Source of the DNA: Raillietiella orientalis
Taxonomy: Eukaryota
DNA: 64,000 nt
NCBI GenBank assembly: GCA_036172245.1
Contig: JAYWIR010000005.1
Span: forward strand, 2,666,001 to 2,730,000
Direction: 5' to 3'
The position numbers and the translations under genes are program-made. The notes beneath the pieces are model-generated. The model made no database searches. It was not told the DNA's origin and was given only the letters and a program-made list of their open reading frames with translations. This document shows positions 1-13,529 of the stretch, piece by piece (the first letter of the stretch is position 1; each line of letters opens with the position of its first letter).

Positions 1-851
1 TATTCGTTTCTCCTTATAAAAGGGAAAAAAAAACAAAGAATCACAATCTTCTTAATGTGGACTTGCTTTCTGATCCGGTGGAATACTCAAACGTAAAGGA
101 AGCAAACAAAGTGTATGTCATGGAATGGAGCAGAACGGAAAGTAGGAGACCACGAGGCGGAGGGATTTTAAGATTCAGACTCGGACGACGCTGCTTAGGA
201 ACAGAAGACTCCGTATTTTCTTGCCTTGTAGCCAAACACTCTGATTGTCTTACGAAATTTAAAAGCAGCACTACTCTTTAATGGAATCTAATATACGAAA
301 AAAAATAAAAGAAAAATACCTCATCCATTAAGAAGAATACAAAAGGAAGAGTGATCAGATGTGGCACTTCAGAAGTTTCCTTCACACGTAGCAAAGTAGC
401 GAAAGAATGGATGAGTAAGTAATGGATGAGTATGAGAACAAGGAGATTCGTTCACTTAGAAACTATGAAATTAGAAAGCCAGTTTCTCTAATTGATTAGA
501 AACAAAGGCAGACCTAGTCTGCCAATGAACAACGGAAGAAAGGAAAATCAGTATTTTAAACTTTATATCCCCCTCACTCATATTAATTCAAAGAGGAAAT
601 TAGGCGCGCGATTACAGTCTCATACATAAAATGATCAGTAAGTATGCATATAGGAAAAGTCAAAAAGCAGTCCGACAAAAAATGGGAAACAATAATAAAA
701 AGTTCATAAGTTTTAAATTGATGGAGAGTGGTAAAAGAAACAGATGAATACACAAAATTTCATTTGTTCCTGCCAATGAACAAATGGAATTTGTTTATTC
801 CTAGTGATAGAAAATCATATATCAAAAGAGTGAACACGAATAGATGTTTAG

Positions 852-911
852 ATGACAGGAAATATTAGATGTTTTTCACTAATGTGAAAAACATCTAATA
901 TTTCCTGTCAT
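852..911. repeat. Perfect 28-bp inverted repeat (hairpin/cruciform) with 4-nt loop
   Basis: ATGACAGGAAATATTAGATGTTTTTCAC (852-879), loop TAAT, then GTGAAAAACATCTAATATTTCCTGTCAT (884-911), which is the exact reverse complement. Confidence 0.95.
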
Positions 912-1399
912 TGAGTAATGAGAAAACGACTTTTAAATATGATAAATTACATAACTAGAAGAAATGATTCTATCGCTATCAAAATGATCAGTTGTTGTAG
1001 AGTAATTGTATCAAAAATATCGGAATTTCATAAGAATGACAATATCGGTACTTTTTTTTTCACTACAATTATAAGTGATTTTGGTATGCATTATTTGTGA
1101 ACATTTTTGTGGCTCCCTATACATTTTATGCCTTTAATAGTGTTTAAATTAGTATCTGATGACGAAACGCCTCACGAACATAAAACTGTCATTCTGGTCT
1201 TAACGGCTGAAAGGGAAAGAATGGTGAATACTTTCAAAAGTCTAATGGACGTATATTATGATTGGAGCGAAGAAATCCGAACAATTAGACAGGAGATAAA
1301 TAAACACGTGAGATGAAAGAGAGAATGTGGGAAATGAGATATCAGAAAATGAAGTGGGAATGTCAGAAAATCAAACATCATTATGAATGATGAATAAGG

Positions 1400-1850
1400 A
1401 ATCAGCTAATCATCGAGATCAAAAAGTTAATTCTAGTGGAGATTATGAGGAAAGGTCAATAATTAATTCCAAAGCATATATCGCTATGCTGCAAGGACTT
1501 TAGAAATATTTGAAAAATCTACGGAAGAGCTCGACAAGAGAAGAATGTTTAAGTTGTTCTTTTGTTATACTATAATGCAAGACCACACACCAGCTTGTAA
1601 ACAGATGCCATCACAAAACTGTATTGTTCCATTTTCCGTACAGTCCGTATTGGTCGCATCAGCTCCCATTCTTTTGGTCCGGCGTAGATTAATATTCTTT
1701 GAAAAAACTACAGTATAATGACAATGCCATTCAGGAAGTTAAGACATGGTTGTCACAGAGAACACAGGATTTTTACCAAAAATGAATATAGGTCCTTGTT
1801 CTAGAGAGCAGACCAAGCCGCAGAAAAAGATAAAGACTTCATAGCAAAAA
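1400..1850 (+). mobile_element. Decayed Tc1/mariner (mariner-type) transposase, C-terminal half
   Basis: Frameshifted, stop-ridden translation gives LILVEIMRKGQ..INSKAYIAML, VVLLLYYNARPHTS (cf. LLHDNARPH), PYSP (cf. PYSPDLAPSD) and NDNAIQEVKTWLSQRTQDFYQK*I*VLV (cf. WL..Q...FY..GI..LV.RW). These occur in the canonical mariner order. No TIRs identified. Confidence 0.75.
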
Positions 1851-2169
1851 ACAGATTCCAGTTATAAGGCATGAGACCATTCTTATTGCAAATCTCATTC
1901 AATTCCGTAGGAGTCTCTGAAGGAAGGTATAACTACTAAGCTGCTGTCTTTGATAATGGGCAGAAAAGTATTTTAAAATGAATACTCCGATGGAGAAGAA
2001 ATATATTTAATATTTAAGTATAATATGTCTCCAAAGGGATAATTGAGCTTCAAGGTATTTGTTGTGTTTTTGACATTGCTATTAGTATCAGATTATTATT
2101 TCGGAGACCAAATGCCACGAAACATGTTATATACAAACTTATTTATATAATATTTTCATAGCCAGACGT

Positions 2170-2195
2170 CACACACACACACACACACACACACA
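2170..2195. repeat. (CA)13 microsatellite
   Basis: Directly visible. Confidence 0.95.
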
Positions 2196-2292
2196 TCGGG
2201 CTATTTCAAACGTTCATATTAGGAACTGTATATGAAATTCTAATTTTAGTCTTCATAAAGAATGCCTTTATAATATTTTGGAATATCCTCCG

Positions 2293-2300
2293 AATCGATA
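2293..2300. promoter_or_regulatory. DRE-like motif upstream of MetAP1
   Basis: AATCGATA is a 7/8 match to the arthropod housekeeping DRE element TATCGATA, about 500 bp upstream of the ATG. Short motif; could be chance. Confidence 0.25.
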
Positions 2301-2795
2301 GAGATTTGGAGTTAAGCTCATTCTAAAATACGTATTATAGACTGGTAACCTCTTGGTAAGAGTACTAATGCGTGAAACTAAATGCACGCTGGTTGCAGAT
2401 GTTTATGAAATTGCACAACAGGTAATATCAAAGTAATAACTAAATACGTATATAAGGAAAATGTATATAAGGAATATATATAAGGAAATGGTAGAACAGT
2501 TTTGTTCTCCCCTGATTAAATAGTGTCTTTAACATTAATTTGCATAAATGTAGAATATTTAGTACAGTTATGATAACGAGAACAGCTAAACAATTATCAA
2601 TTCTCACGTTTATTAGAGACGACTATCGTCTTGGGGAAACTAGGTTAACTCCAATGTTTCCATCCAATTTTTGCATTATATTTGGCCAAGCTATTTGATT
2701 TAATTCGCTTTGCTACTATCGACTCAATCATTTTTGAAGTTCATTTTCTCCCAATATTCAAGAATAATGAATCATGCTGATACATAAATTCGAAA

Positions 2796-5700
2796 ATGAT
2801 GGCAGCTGTTGGTATTAATGCTAGGAAATGTGAAACACCCGGTTGTTTATCAGAAGCCAGATTTCAATGTCCCAGGTGCCTTACCCTGGGTATAGTTGAT
2901 TCGTATTTTTGTTCTCAGGTATTGTACATGATATTTAAGTGTTAATTTGAATTTTGTGAAATCGTTCAGGACTGTTTTTCGTCGTCTTGGAATTCACACA
3001 AGAAGATACATAAAAGTTCAGGAATAAGTAAGTAAGGAAATTGATGTAATTCCACGTATAATTTTTTATGTTAAATGTGGTTCAGAACTACAATTAATAC
3101 AAATTGCGAAATTTGTCTGTCATATTGCATTTTTGAGTTATTGTTTCATTCTAAAGTTTTCAGTTCACCTAATTCTATATAAAAGTATTAACAAAAACAA
3201 GATTGTCAATTTTTAACAAATTGAGAACCATCTGTGTAATACAGTCTTTTTAATAGAAGGAAAGCTGGAATGCTTCATCCCTTGGCCGGATTTTACCTTT
3301 ACAGGTATTCAGTGTATTTTAAATTGTTTGTCACCATTGAGTGATTTTTTTATATCAACCAAGTTAATTAAAAACGGAGATGTTAGAAAAGTTTTGTTAC
3401 TCTTATTAGATGACGTTTTGAATATTAATTTGCATAGATCACTGCATATCAATAAATATGTAGCACTGCCACCTCTACCTACCTCTTTATGTTAAGTAGG
3501 AATAAGAGTTTTGAAATATGTGATTGAATTCAGGCTATTACTCTTATAAGTGTTTGTTTCAATAGTTTTATTAAGTTATTTGGTATAAAAAACATATGCA
3601 ATATATTTACTCAACTTGATGCATATTTTTTACATAAAATATTAAATGTATTAGGTGTATAGCCATAAAATCATAACTGTCTACAAAACTATGAAAGATC
3701 TGAGTCTGTAACTTAGATTCATATAAGTCTTGTAGATTAACATATGCCATATTTAGACATTTATTAAAGTATAATGAAGTTATTTGAGTTAGCTTTGCAA
3801 AAAGATATAAATTGTGTGTTGCATTTTTAAAGCAAATCATAATTAATCTCATTTATATTCAATGGTTTTCACATCTTAAGCACAGCTTTGGCTTCAAAAT
3901 CATTCCTGTTAGGAGGTTATTGAATTAGTTCAAATTCCATCCAGATGAGACTGAAGAATCAGAACAGCCATTATGCTACAGGAGTATAATATAAATCCTA
4001 TTGTTTAATGGCATCTACAGATATTTTGAACCTCTTTGAACCCTATTTCTTTGGTAATAAATCAGTTGAGATTTTTCCGTTTGGGATTTCAGACTCCTAA
4101 ATGCCACAGAATTCTTTCACACACACTGAATATGTTTTATTGTGTTAGTTTGTAATCTTTTACAAATAACAAATGAGGATTACAGTACTTATGTCACATG
4201 TAGCAGAATAGCAGTCATGAGACCTCCTTGTAATCTGTCTTTGTGATGGAAAAGGCCATGAAATGAATTAGGGAAAAAAACATCTAAACTGATTTTTGAT
4301 GTACAGGTTTCATGCTATGGTATGATGTAATCCATTTTGCTGTTGAATTACACACCATACAAATAATTTTGCCAAGTTTTCATGTCTTCCCTCCCTTGAA
4401 GTTTTTGGAATACTATCAGTCATAATATTATAGTATTCTTTGATATGCAAGCAAAAGTTATAAGATTATTTATCAGTTTATAAAATGAATTTTAATTTTA
4501 AGAAAGTGACTGTGATTTTGTGTTTTTGGTATTCATATTACATTATTTTTTATTATTGAAGTATGTTTGCATTTTCCGTTTTCAGTTTATGTACTTTATT
4601 ACTTAGCTTACTTTTGAAAATTGTCAAATCTATGACTATCAGTGTTGTGCAGAAAATATTTTCAAGCAAAAATGTTCAAGTATTTCCTTGTTAGATGTGT
4701 TTGCCTTTTGTTTAATTTTGAATAAGCTATTGCTGTAATTGTAATTTGTGGGTATGCATTCAATTTTTAGGAAAATTAAGACCTTACCCTATTTCTGAAA
4801 CTAGAGCAGTCCCAAAACATATTCAGAAACCTGACTATGCAGACCATCCAAAAGGCCAGTCTCTAGAAGAAGAGAATGCTAGGAAAAATCCCTGCATTAA
4901 AGTGCTTTCTGAGGAAGAACAAGATGGTATCAGATTAGCCTGTAAGGTAACATAACTTTCTGGGATTTTTTGATCAGAAGCATTCTATAGATTTCATGAA
5001 TTTGAATCAAAATGTTTTTTGGTGCTGATGCTTGCCTACGTTTTTACAAATCATTTGATTTTCATTGAATAAGATTATACATTTCAATGGAGTAGCAAAC
5101 TTGTAGAATTGTGTTATGCATACCAAAAAAGAAAAACTTCATCTGCACGAATTTTTATTCACTTCTTTACTTTTCTGGATCTCTTTGCTATTTATGAAAA
5201 TTATTTTTGTTGCATGTCAACATTAATACTTGTACTTCACTGATTGAATATAGGCAGCTTTATTTCATTATTTAAATAAACAAAAATTTTGAGATGTGAT
5301 AGTGTTCATTTCCATTGCATGCAGTTCCATTATCAGTTTGCCACAAATTTATATTGATTTTTGTACTTGTAAATTCAGAAAGCATGTTACTTCATTTGGA
5401 TATTTTTTGTCTGCTTACAGCTTGGTAGAGAAGTTCTTGATCTGGCAGCTGCAGCTGTCAGAGTTGGAGTTACAACAGATGAAATCGATCGTGTTGTACA
5501 TGAAGCTTGCATTGAAAGAGAATGCTACCCATCCCCTTTGAACTATTATGGGTTCCCCAAATCATGTTGCACCTCAGTGAATGAAGTTATTTGCCATGGA
5601 ATACCTGATAAAAGACCTTTGCAAGATGCCGACATTTTGAATAGTAAGTCTCTATGCATCAGCATTAGATCGTAATCTTTCATGTTTTAGTTGATGTTAC

Positions 5701-7575
5701 TGTCTTCCATCATGGTTTCCATGGAGATTTAAATGAAACGTTTTTTGTTGGCAATTGCAGTGACCAAGCCAAAAAGCTTGTAAATGTCACATATGAATGT
5801 CTCATGAGAGCCATCAAAATTGGTAATTAAATTTCTTACGTTTGTAATTTTATTGGTGAATTTATAATTATCGGATATACAAGGCATTCATGAATATTTT
5901 TTTAAGGCTCCTTTAATGGAGACCTTATTGTATGAAACCAATGTAAAATAGTGGCATTAGGAAAAACTGGAACTCTTAGACAGTGGCATTAGTCACAGTT
6001 GCATTTCAGTGTTATTTCATCAAGGCTTTTAGGGTTTTCTTAAATCCATGTATTATTCTAAATTTTCTTCATATACATATTTGTTACTTTATATCATCTT
6101 TCGTATTTGAGGATTGGTATTCCTATTGTTTTGTTTTAAGTTTTCAGTTTCATGTATTGAAAAAACAAGGAACATTATTAATTTGAATAAAGAATTCAGA
6201 TCTACTTCTGCATATTGCATTCATGTTGTCTTGATATGTATTGATTCATGTATTCCATGTTGTTGCATTTTTTTTTATGGCAAATATCCGGATACAAGGA
6301 GTAAAATTTTATATCATGCTAGGCTGTATTGAAAGTATTTTTTCGACAGGTGTAAAAGATTACGAAATTAGACGAGGTGTTGAATTTTGTTTCAAATTTC
6401 AAATTATCATGCTGCATATTCCTGTCAAAAGTGCATAAGTATACCAAAGAAAGATACATTATTTTAGTTGAATGCTTGGAGAAAAAAAAGAAAAACAAAT
6501 TCTAAGTTACAATACACTTGCAAGGCAAAAATTTGTGGAGATGATTACCAGTGGGGAAGTACTTTGGTTTTGCATGATTGTAATTGTCAAAGGTCACTTT
6601 TTTGTTTATCTTTGCAGCATAAAATGGCAGTAGAATGAACGAGGGACCTTCTTGTTCTACTCCTTTAACATTCCCGTTGTAATTCGTAAATTTATGTCAG
6701 TAATTTAAAAGACTTGTGCTGTTTCAATGTACCCAGTGGCCTAAGCATGGTTCTCTGTTGCTTGATTTACATGCTTGATTAAGTGAATGTTTAGATGCGT
6801 TTCTAAGAAATCACACTCATGAAGTAGATCCCATCATGATTTATTTGATGTTTACAGTTGTCAAAAGCTTGCTTTACCATCTGCCTTCCCCCCTCCTCCC
6901 TCCCTCCCTCCCTCTTATATTGCTGAGTAAAAATGTTTGTTTTTGGTAATGGTATTTTCAAGTACTTCTTTCTATGAAGGACTTCATTTGCTGGTAATAC
7001 GCTTTTATGGTGTAGGTATGAAATATCGGTTATAAGCATGATTACCAGGATGCCCATTTCTATAAATTAATTATGTAATGTGTTTGTGAATAGTGAAACC
7101 TGGAACTAGATTTCGCGAGGTAGGGAACATTATTCAGAAACATGCACAAATAAATGGATTTTCGGTTGTCAAAACGTACTGTGGTCATGGAATACATAAA
7201 CTTTTTCACACTGCCCCGATGATTCCTCATTATGCAAGTAAGTTTCCATTAATGGTTAGCTTTACAGGACTCATTGTGTATCAGAAAATAAAGCTTGGGG
7301 AACAATGAAAGAAGGTAACTGTTTTACATTAGAACCAATGATATCTGAAGGTAAAAGCATTTTCATTTGCTTAAATGGAGATTCACCCACAAATTGTAGG
7401 CACATGGAGGGATGTTACATGGCCAGATGACTGGACAGCAGTCACTGCAGATGGCAAATTGTCTGCCCAGTTCGAACATACGCTTTTAGTTACAAAAGAT
7501 GGCTGTGATATTCTGACACAACGTTCCAACAAGAATGGACAGCCACATTTCATGGACAATTTTTCCACAACTTAG
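2796..7575 (+). CDS. METAP1: Methionine aminopeptidase 1 (381 aa, 9 exons)
   Basis: Exons 2796-2918, 2970-3027, 3257-3304, 4771-4946, 5421-5643, 5691-5822, 7094-7237, 7285-7350, 7400-7575. All introns GT-AG, phases consistent, total 1146 nt. N-terminal zinc finger CETPGC..CPRC..YFCSQDCF..W..HK..H. Catalytic motifs [44 protein letters not shown] at 7669-7674. Confidence 0.97.
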
Positions 7576-8504
7576 AAAAATATAAGCTTGGATTTTCAAT
7601 GCAACGATAATGAAATTAATGTTATATCTAGACCAACTTACAGCTTAACTTTGTTAAATGCATAAAGTAATAAATAGTGCGTGATTTTATCTGTAAATTT
7701 ATTCATGCAGCAAGATTTTAACAGTCCAACATTAAAAAATAGAACCACCTCTGCATACACAACAAATTATCTTTCTATCATCATATTGACAGGTCTTGCT
7801 TAATAACACTTTGGGTATTTGTTTTTTGTTCCTGTTGAAGCATTTAGTATTGGCATAGGCTTTTACATGAGGCCAAAATGCAAGAGGAACTGAATGTACA
7901 TTCATTGTCTACAAGTTCTGATATATTCTTAATCCAACATTTTCTTTCCATGAAGTTGAATAGCTTCCAGTGCTTAGTTCTAAGATAACAGTAAAACATC
8001 TTAAAATAATACTGTGGTGAAAATACTAGTGACACCACCTTCAGAAAAAAACACCACAAAACAATTCTTAAGGCATACAAAATGAAATGTTGCAAAATTT
8101 CAATATTACTATATGTCTTATCTGTATGCATGCAAGCATCAAATGTGGAATATAGATGTATCCGAATTTTGATCATTTGATGATACCAACATAAACCATG
8201 ACTGCTTAAGCTCCCTGCTAACTTTTAAGGAGTTGCCAAATATATCACATGTACAGCACACAAAAGCAATTAATAAATCTATTCAATTCATCTTTAAAAA
8301 TTCAATCCGTTAAATTTTAAACATCTCAACTAAATTAATTTCTTCATTTTCGGATTTGTATTCATTAATAAGATGCACATAATACATAACAAAAGTAATC
8401 TTTGGCCATAAGTGGAATTACAGCAGTTTATTTTTCATCTTTTTTTCAAATTAAATGAGAACTGATTTCTTACTTCCCTATTTTAATTAATAATTGCAAC
8501 ATAA

Positions 8505-9967
8505 TTAATTATTAAGAAAATTCAGGATTATCTCTCCTATCTCCTGTGGACGTATAAGGTGTACATGATGACTTCCTTCTACTTCCAGATACTTGAATTC
8601 TGCTGTAGTCTGTCTATAGGTTTCCACAAATTGATCAATAATTTCACTATCTTCATGCACATGGCTAGCTTTTGCTCGGATAATCATGAGGTAACATTTT
8701 ACAGATTTAGCAAATGCAAGAAGCTGCTCTTGAGTGAAGCGGTGAGGTCCATGTATACGAGATAATCTAAAATCGCGTGTAAAACAGTACTTATCACCAT
8801 TTTTTTTTAAGCCTCTGTTAAGAATGATTTTTCCGGAATTTTCATCTAAAGATTTATTATGTGCTAATAATAGTTTTTCAAGAGCTTCCTCATATGAATA
8901 AAGTGGCTCAGCAGTTTTCTGTTTTTCTTCAACATAAGTTATCTGGTTGTAACACATAGCAACTGCTGATGGGAGATCTCTTGGATCTGTGCTGTGTAAT
9001 TTGATAAGGTCAATGCTTATTAACTTATGCACAAAATTAGGAAATGTTGCAGCAAACAGCAGTCCCATTCCTCCTCCTAAACTATGTCCTATAAAATTTA
9101 GTTTCTTCCATTTAAAAAAATCAATAACCCTTCTAAGAACCAGTATGCCATCAAATGTGTTGTATGTAAATCCGCTAGGTATATGAGATGACAACCCATG
9201 ACCAGGAAGATCAATTGTGACAAAATAATAAAACTCAGCTATCATAGGGGCTATTAAATCAAAAGTCCCGCAGTTGTCTTGCCATCCATGAACTCCCAAA
9301 ATAGGAATTTCCTGATGTGCATTTTTTTTCCCCCATGCTTTGCCTAGAAGGAGAAAAGAACATTTACATACGCTGAAAAATACTGTTCAGTTCAGTTCGC
9401 TCATCCACATGAATATATGCACATGTAGACACCTTACATCCCATTAGATAACGTGATCAAAGTTTTAATGAGCACTTTATACTGACTGTTAAATTGCAGG
9501 CTTATAAAGTACAGAGAAAAACTGTAGCAGGGAAACTGATTTGATATTATACATTGAGAGTCAAAAGCACCTTACATTGAAAGGGAAATTAAAACATACA
9601 AAAAATGAAAACAAACACAATGACAAACACAACACACACAACTATCACTGAAGTAGTGTATGACAATGTAATGAGTAATGACAAACAATTCTTCTTCAGA
9701 AGCATCACACTATCCGACGCACTTTGCAGATTTCTTTACTTGGTTATTTTATTTACGCAAAATAAAACGTGAAAACTTTTGTTGTGCGTACCTGTACTAA
9801 ATATACTTTAGGAATCGCATGGATAGCTTCTAACCGAGCAAACTTGCTTATCGAAAAAAAGAAACATACTACGTGCGCAAGCTGGCAGGTAAATGCAAAA
9901 TTACAATACCGGCAAGATGTCCCCATGGCACCGGTATCCTAACTTCCTGCCAATTAACTCCTTCCAT
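8505..9967 (-). CDS. Serine hydrolase-like alpha/beta hydrolase (kraken/SERHL family), about 298 aa, 2 coding exons
   Basis: Exons 9967-9910 (MEGVNWQEVRIPVPWGHLAG) and 9343-8505 (KAWG..ILGVHGWQDNCGTFD..DLPGHGLSSH..GHSLGG nucleophile elbow..GSHHVHL). Phase-1 GT-AG intron. An alternative in-frame upstream ATG lies at 10015. Minus-strand AATAAA at 8427-8432. Confidence 0.93.
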
Positions 9968-10189
9968 GCACTCTTCGGAATTCATGAACTTGGTGCAAAG
10001 CTTGGAGTGGGACATAAAATAACTTATATAAAGCCAACGACGGCCACAGATAAACTAAAATTCAAACAGTCAATTATCACGCTGGACGAGGAGGAAACCT
10101 AAGAAGCTCCCACGCTAAACTGTAGCAACGACACGTGGCCTGCGTTCCCCTGGACACTTCCGATGCTGAGAGAAAAAAAAAAAAAAAAC

Positions 10190-10642
10190 CACCTTTGTTA
10201 GAAGACCGCCTCCATTGTTTGGCAAGCGTGGAAGAGTGACGGACACGCCGCGCACCATCGTACCGGTCACGACAAGCATGCGCTCTCGCCCACACGCTTT
10301 GCACGGACGCATGGATCCCAGACCCGCCCAGCCATTGATTTGGGCCGCCGCCGCCATCCCGGAACGTTCGGCCCAAGAGGGAGGTGGATGCAAGCAGACG
10401 GCTGGCGGAGGACTCCAGGGGAAGCTGCGACGGTTCTTAACGGCAGTTCCGTTGCCCTTCATCGATTTTTGGCGTTAAGACTCATCGAGAAGTTTCTTGC
10501 TCGCGTCTGCCATGGCGTGCACGTGAGACCTGACGATCAAATGCTTCCAAGAAGCTGCAGTTGCTGAAGAACCGTGGAAGCAACACGGGGACACGCCGTC
10601 CTGCACGGGAGCGGTTTACTTGTAAAAAAAAAAAAAAAAAAA
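10190..10642 (+). mobile_element. GC-rich insertion bounded by poly(A) runs, possibly a decayed Ty3/gypsy RT fragment
   Basis: Sharp GC-rich island in AT-rich DNA, with A-runs at about 10173-10188 and 10623-10642. Translation VLNGSSVALHRFLALRLIEKFLARVCHGVHVRPDDQML weakly recalls PFGLxNAP..FQR..YxDD. Confidence 0.3.
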
Positions 10643-10719
10643 GGCTCTGAGGACACCATGGAAACCATGGATCTTTACGTACGATGATCTTGAAATACAT
10701 ATCTGTAGCCTCCTCAAAA

Positions 10720-11400
10720 AACTAAAAACAAAGCATTCCCTCTTTGAATTGCTAGGTTTCCTTGTTTTCGTTTCTGCTTTATTTCCCCTAAAATCATTCA
10801 GCTCGCTCTATCGGGCTTCATCCAGGTTCTGCTCCCACAATCCTTGTTGTTTCCATAACTGTCCAAAGGAACGTTCCTCAATTATACCTCCGGATCAAAA
10901 AACAAATCACAAAGTGTGCCGTTAAATAAATCCAGGAAGCTGAATTGAGGTCTCTGCACGATAACGATTGCACACCTTACAAAATAAACGAATTTAATAA
11001 TTCAGCCGCTTTTCTTCATATCTAATGAAATAGAGTCGTACTAGATAAAGCAATGACTGGAATGGAAACCTCAGAAAGGAACTGTAAAACAATTGTGCGC
11101 TTTTGAAACACTTTAGTCATGGTGATGAAGGGTGCAAAGGGCAGCTTGCAGATGACTTTTCCTTCCAAGTGACTTGAGAAAACAATTGCTTTCAACATTG
11201 GCATGAGTCAATCTCACACTGAACTTTTCAGAAATTAACGAGCTCCTGATAAAGGAGGTAGAGCACCCCCATCCACCCACACAAACATACCTTTTGGAAC
11301 TTCAACCGATCGTCTGAACACAGAGATTAATTGTTTTCTAGACTTTCATTTCCCACGATTGTAATGAGGAATGTCCTTCCATAAGAAGCCATATTTGTGA
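10720..11400 (-). mobile_element. Decayed non-LTR retrotransposon of the restriction-like endonuclease (CRE/NeSL-type) group, C-terminal part
   Basis: Minus-strand LAIQRGNA at 10755-10732, the typical RLE C-terminal motif. It is preceded, with frameshifts, by VMETT/GLW (cf. FxPxxxETxGxW) and WVDGGALP (cf. GAWLxALP). Confidence 0.55.
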
Positions 11401-13430
11401 ATTTCTCAGCATTTTATCGCAAATTTTGTTTTACAGTTTTCATGGAATTTCAAAATGATAGTGGAAAGTATTTTTCATTATCCATCATCCAGGTAATCAT
11501 AATGTTGCCTTATTCTCAGAGAAAATAAATTTAAATAAGAAAATTAATAGGAAATAAATTCCTCATACTGTTCCAACGCAAAAAGTTTAAAAATCGTTAG
11601 GCAACTTTGCATTGAAGAGTAAGAATCCCTAAGAAGGAATAAGAGCATTTAAAACATGACTTATAACTCATAGCACAATCCAAGCAAGTTCTCTTCTTCA
11701 GTTGAAGCGGAAGCTAGAAAAGAAAAATTAGGAATCAATATTGCGAAATTCCAAAAAAGGGAGTTTAGAGTTTTATGAAGGATGAGAAAATCAAACATTA
11801 TCAACACATTAATGATGAATTATTCAAGGGTTTTCTTTTTGCTTTACAATTTTCACAAAATTGGAGGAAAATACATTTTTCCTGGATAAAAACGTAATTA
11901 TTCCAATGGCAGCAAATGCTAGCGTAAAAAGGAATGCAAGAAACCTACGAGAAAATGAAAAAAATATCCAAGTTTTATTGTCTAGGGATAATGGGATGGA
12001 AAATATCACTTGAAGAATGTCCAAATTACATTGTGATGAACAATTAAAGAAGTTCTCTAGATCTGCTCGTCTACAAGGATAAAATTGGGATTCCTTCTTA
12101 GATATTATGGGCAGTATATTTTCAAATTGATCTTCTCTTCGAAATCTTACTTTAGTATATAATATATGGTAGCTGTAACCCTTATTGGAATGTGTAAAGA
12201 ATATAAGTAGATTGGCAAGTTTTCAATACCTTCAATTACATCACATCTTAATTAATTTTGACCGTAGCTGGATTAGTTGCGCTGCTGAGAACTTTGGTGA
12301 ATATATTGTAAAATTCTTTCTTTCACAGCAGACCCCTAAGTCTGACCTAATTTTAGTTACTCGTGCTTCTGAGCCATTCATAATAGTACAATACTGCTAG
12401 TCTCTACATCACTACTTTTTCAATTAGTTTTCTAAACCAGAGTTATTTGAAAATTTCACTTTATGCCTCCTTGAGGAACCCTGGGAATTTTCTCCTCTAC
12501 TATTTCCGTACAGTGGCATTATTAATAGTGAATTTAATCAATGCACATCATAGGTTGAAGATTTTTATGTAAGCAGGAATATAAGCAGTTCAAGTTATTT
12601 CCATAAATAATAGACAATAATAGACATCGTACTTCACAATCTTATGGACCGTTATACTTAAATCTCACACTATTTGGCTGAAAATTGAGAAAAACCAATG
12701 AATTAAATTTGGGGGGTGCATAGTTGCAAGACTGTTACTTTAGAAAGCAGAATTTCTGCTTGTAAATACAAAGTTCAGGCATCAAACCGAAAGCCCGACT
12801 AAACAAAGATTCGACACGAACGAAATAAACGGAAATAAGTAATTAAGAAAGTCTATTCTTGAATTCTTCATTTCCAGACGCCCATGAATAGATCCGCGAT
12901 GATGCTTACGTGAGGTGTCAGAGACAGGATGCAAAAATTTTAGAACGTAATATGTTAACCAAAATACAGATAACATTTTCGAGTTCACATGTAATCGCTG
13001 CGAACCATCAAAAGTAAAGATGATGAAAAGACAAAATTAGAAATTAAAAAGAGGAACCGCTTGCAACATATAATTGCAAGAGTACTCTAATACATAAAAA
13101 CTGATCTCTTGGTTTGTAGTTGATAGAAGCCGAAAAATGCAGGAAACAGCATTCATGGTAATTATCATTAGATATTCTGCATGCCTATCAAGTGAGAAAG
13201 AGTATCTCTTCTTAATTCCTGGAGGAATAAAAACTCACAAGAATTTGTCATCACCTGTGAGAAAATGTATTTTATGCTAGCAGATTTAGCACTAAAAAGC
13301 TGGATTATGAACAGAAATCCTTTGGTTTTCACCTCTGACACTATGCAAACATGCTCAGGGGACCATGTACCCTACGTATTTTATATTTGCCGCATATGTG
13401 TGTATGTGAAAACAACTCACACACTAGTAC

Positions 13431-13529
13431 TATCGATTTAAAATTACATTCGTCAACCAATTGCAATGGGAATTCAACAGTCCTGACGTAAAGTAACTTA
13501 TAGATGCTTTCACACATAAATTATCGATC
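13431..13529. promoter_or_regulatory. Two DRE-like TATCGAT motifs upstream of SMC3
   Basis: TATCGATT at 13431 and TATCGATC at 13522, about 480-570 bp upstream of the SMC3 ATG, in the divergent interval shared with the serine hydrolase gene. Confidence 0.35.

Noticed and set aside
6991..7048. Imperfect hairpin in MetAP1 intron 6 (CTGGTAAT...ATTACCAG) as a pre-miRNA or H/ACA RNA
   Set aside because: The upper stem is mostly G-U pairs with bulges, and there is no ACA box or known mature miRNA recognisable.
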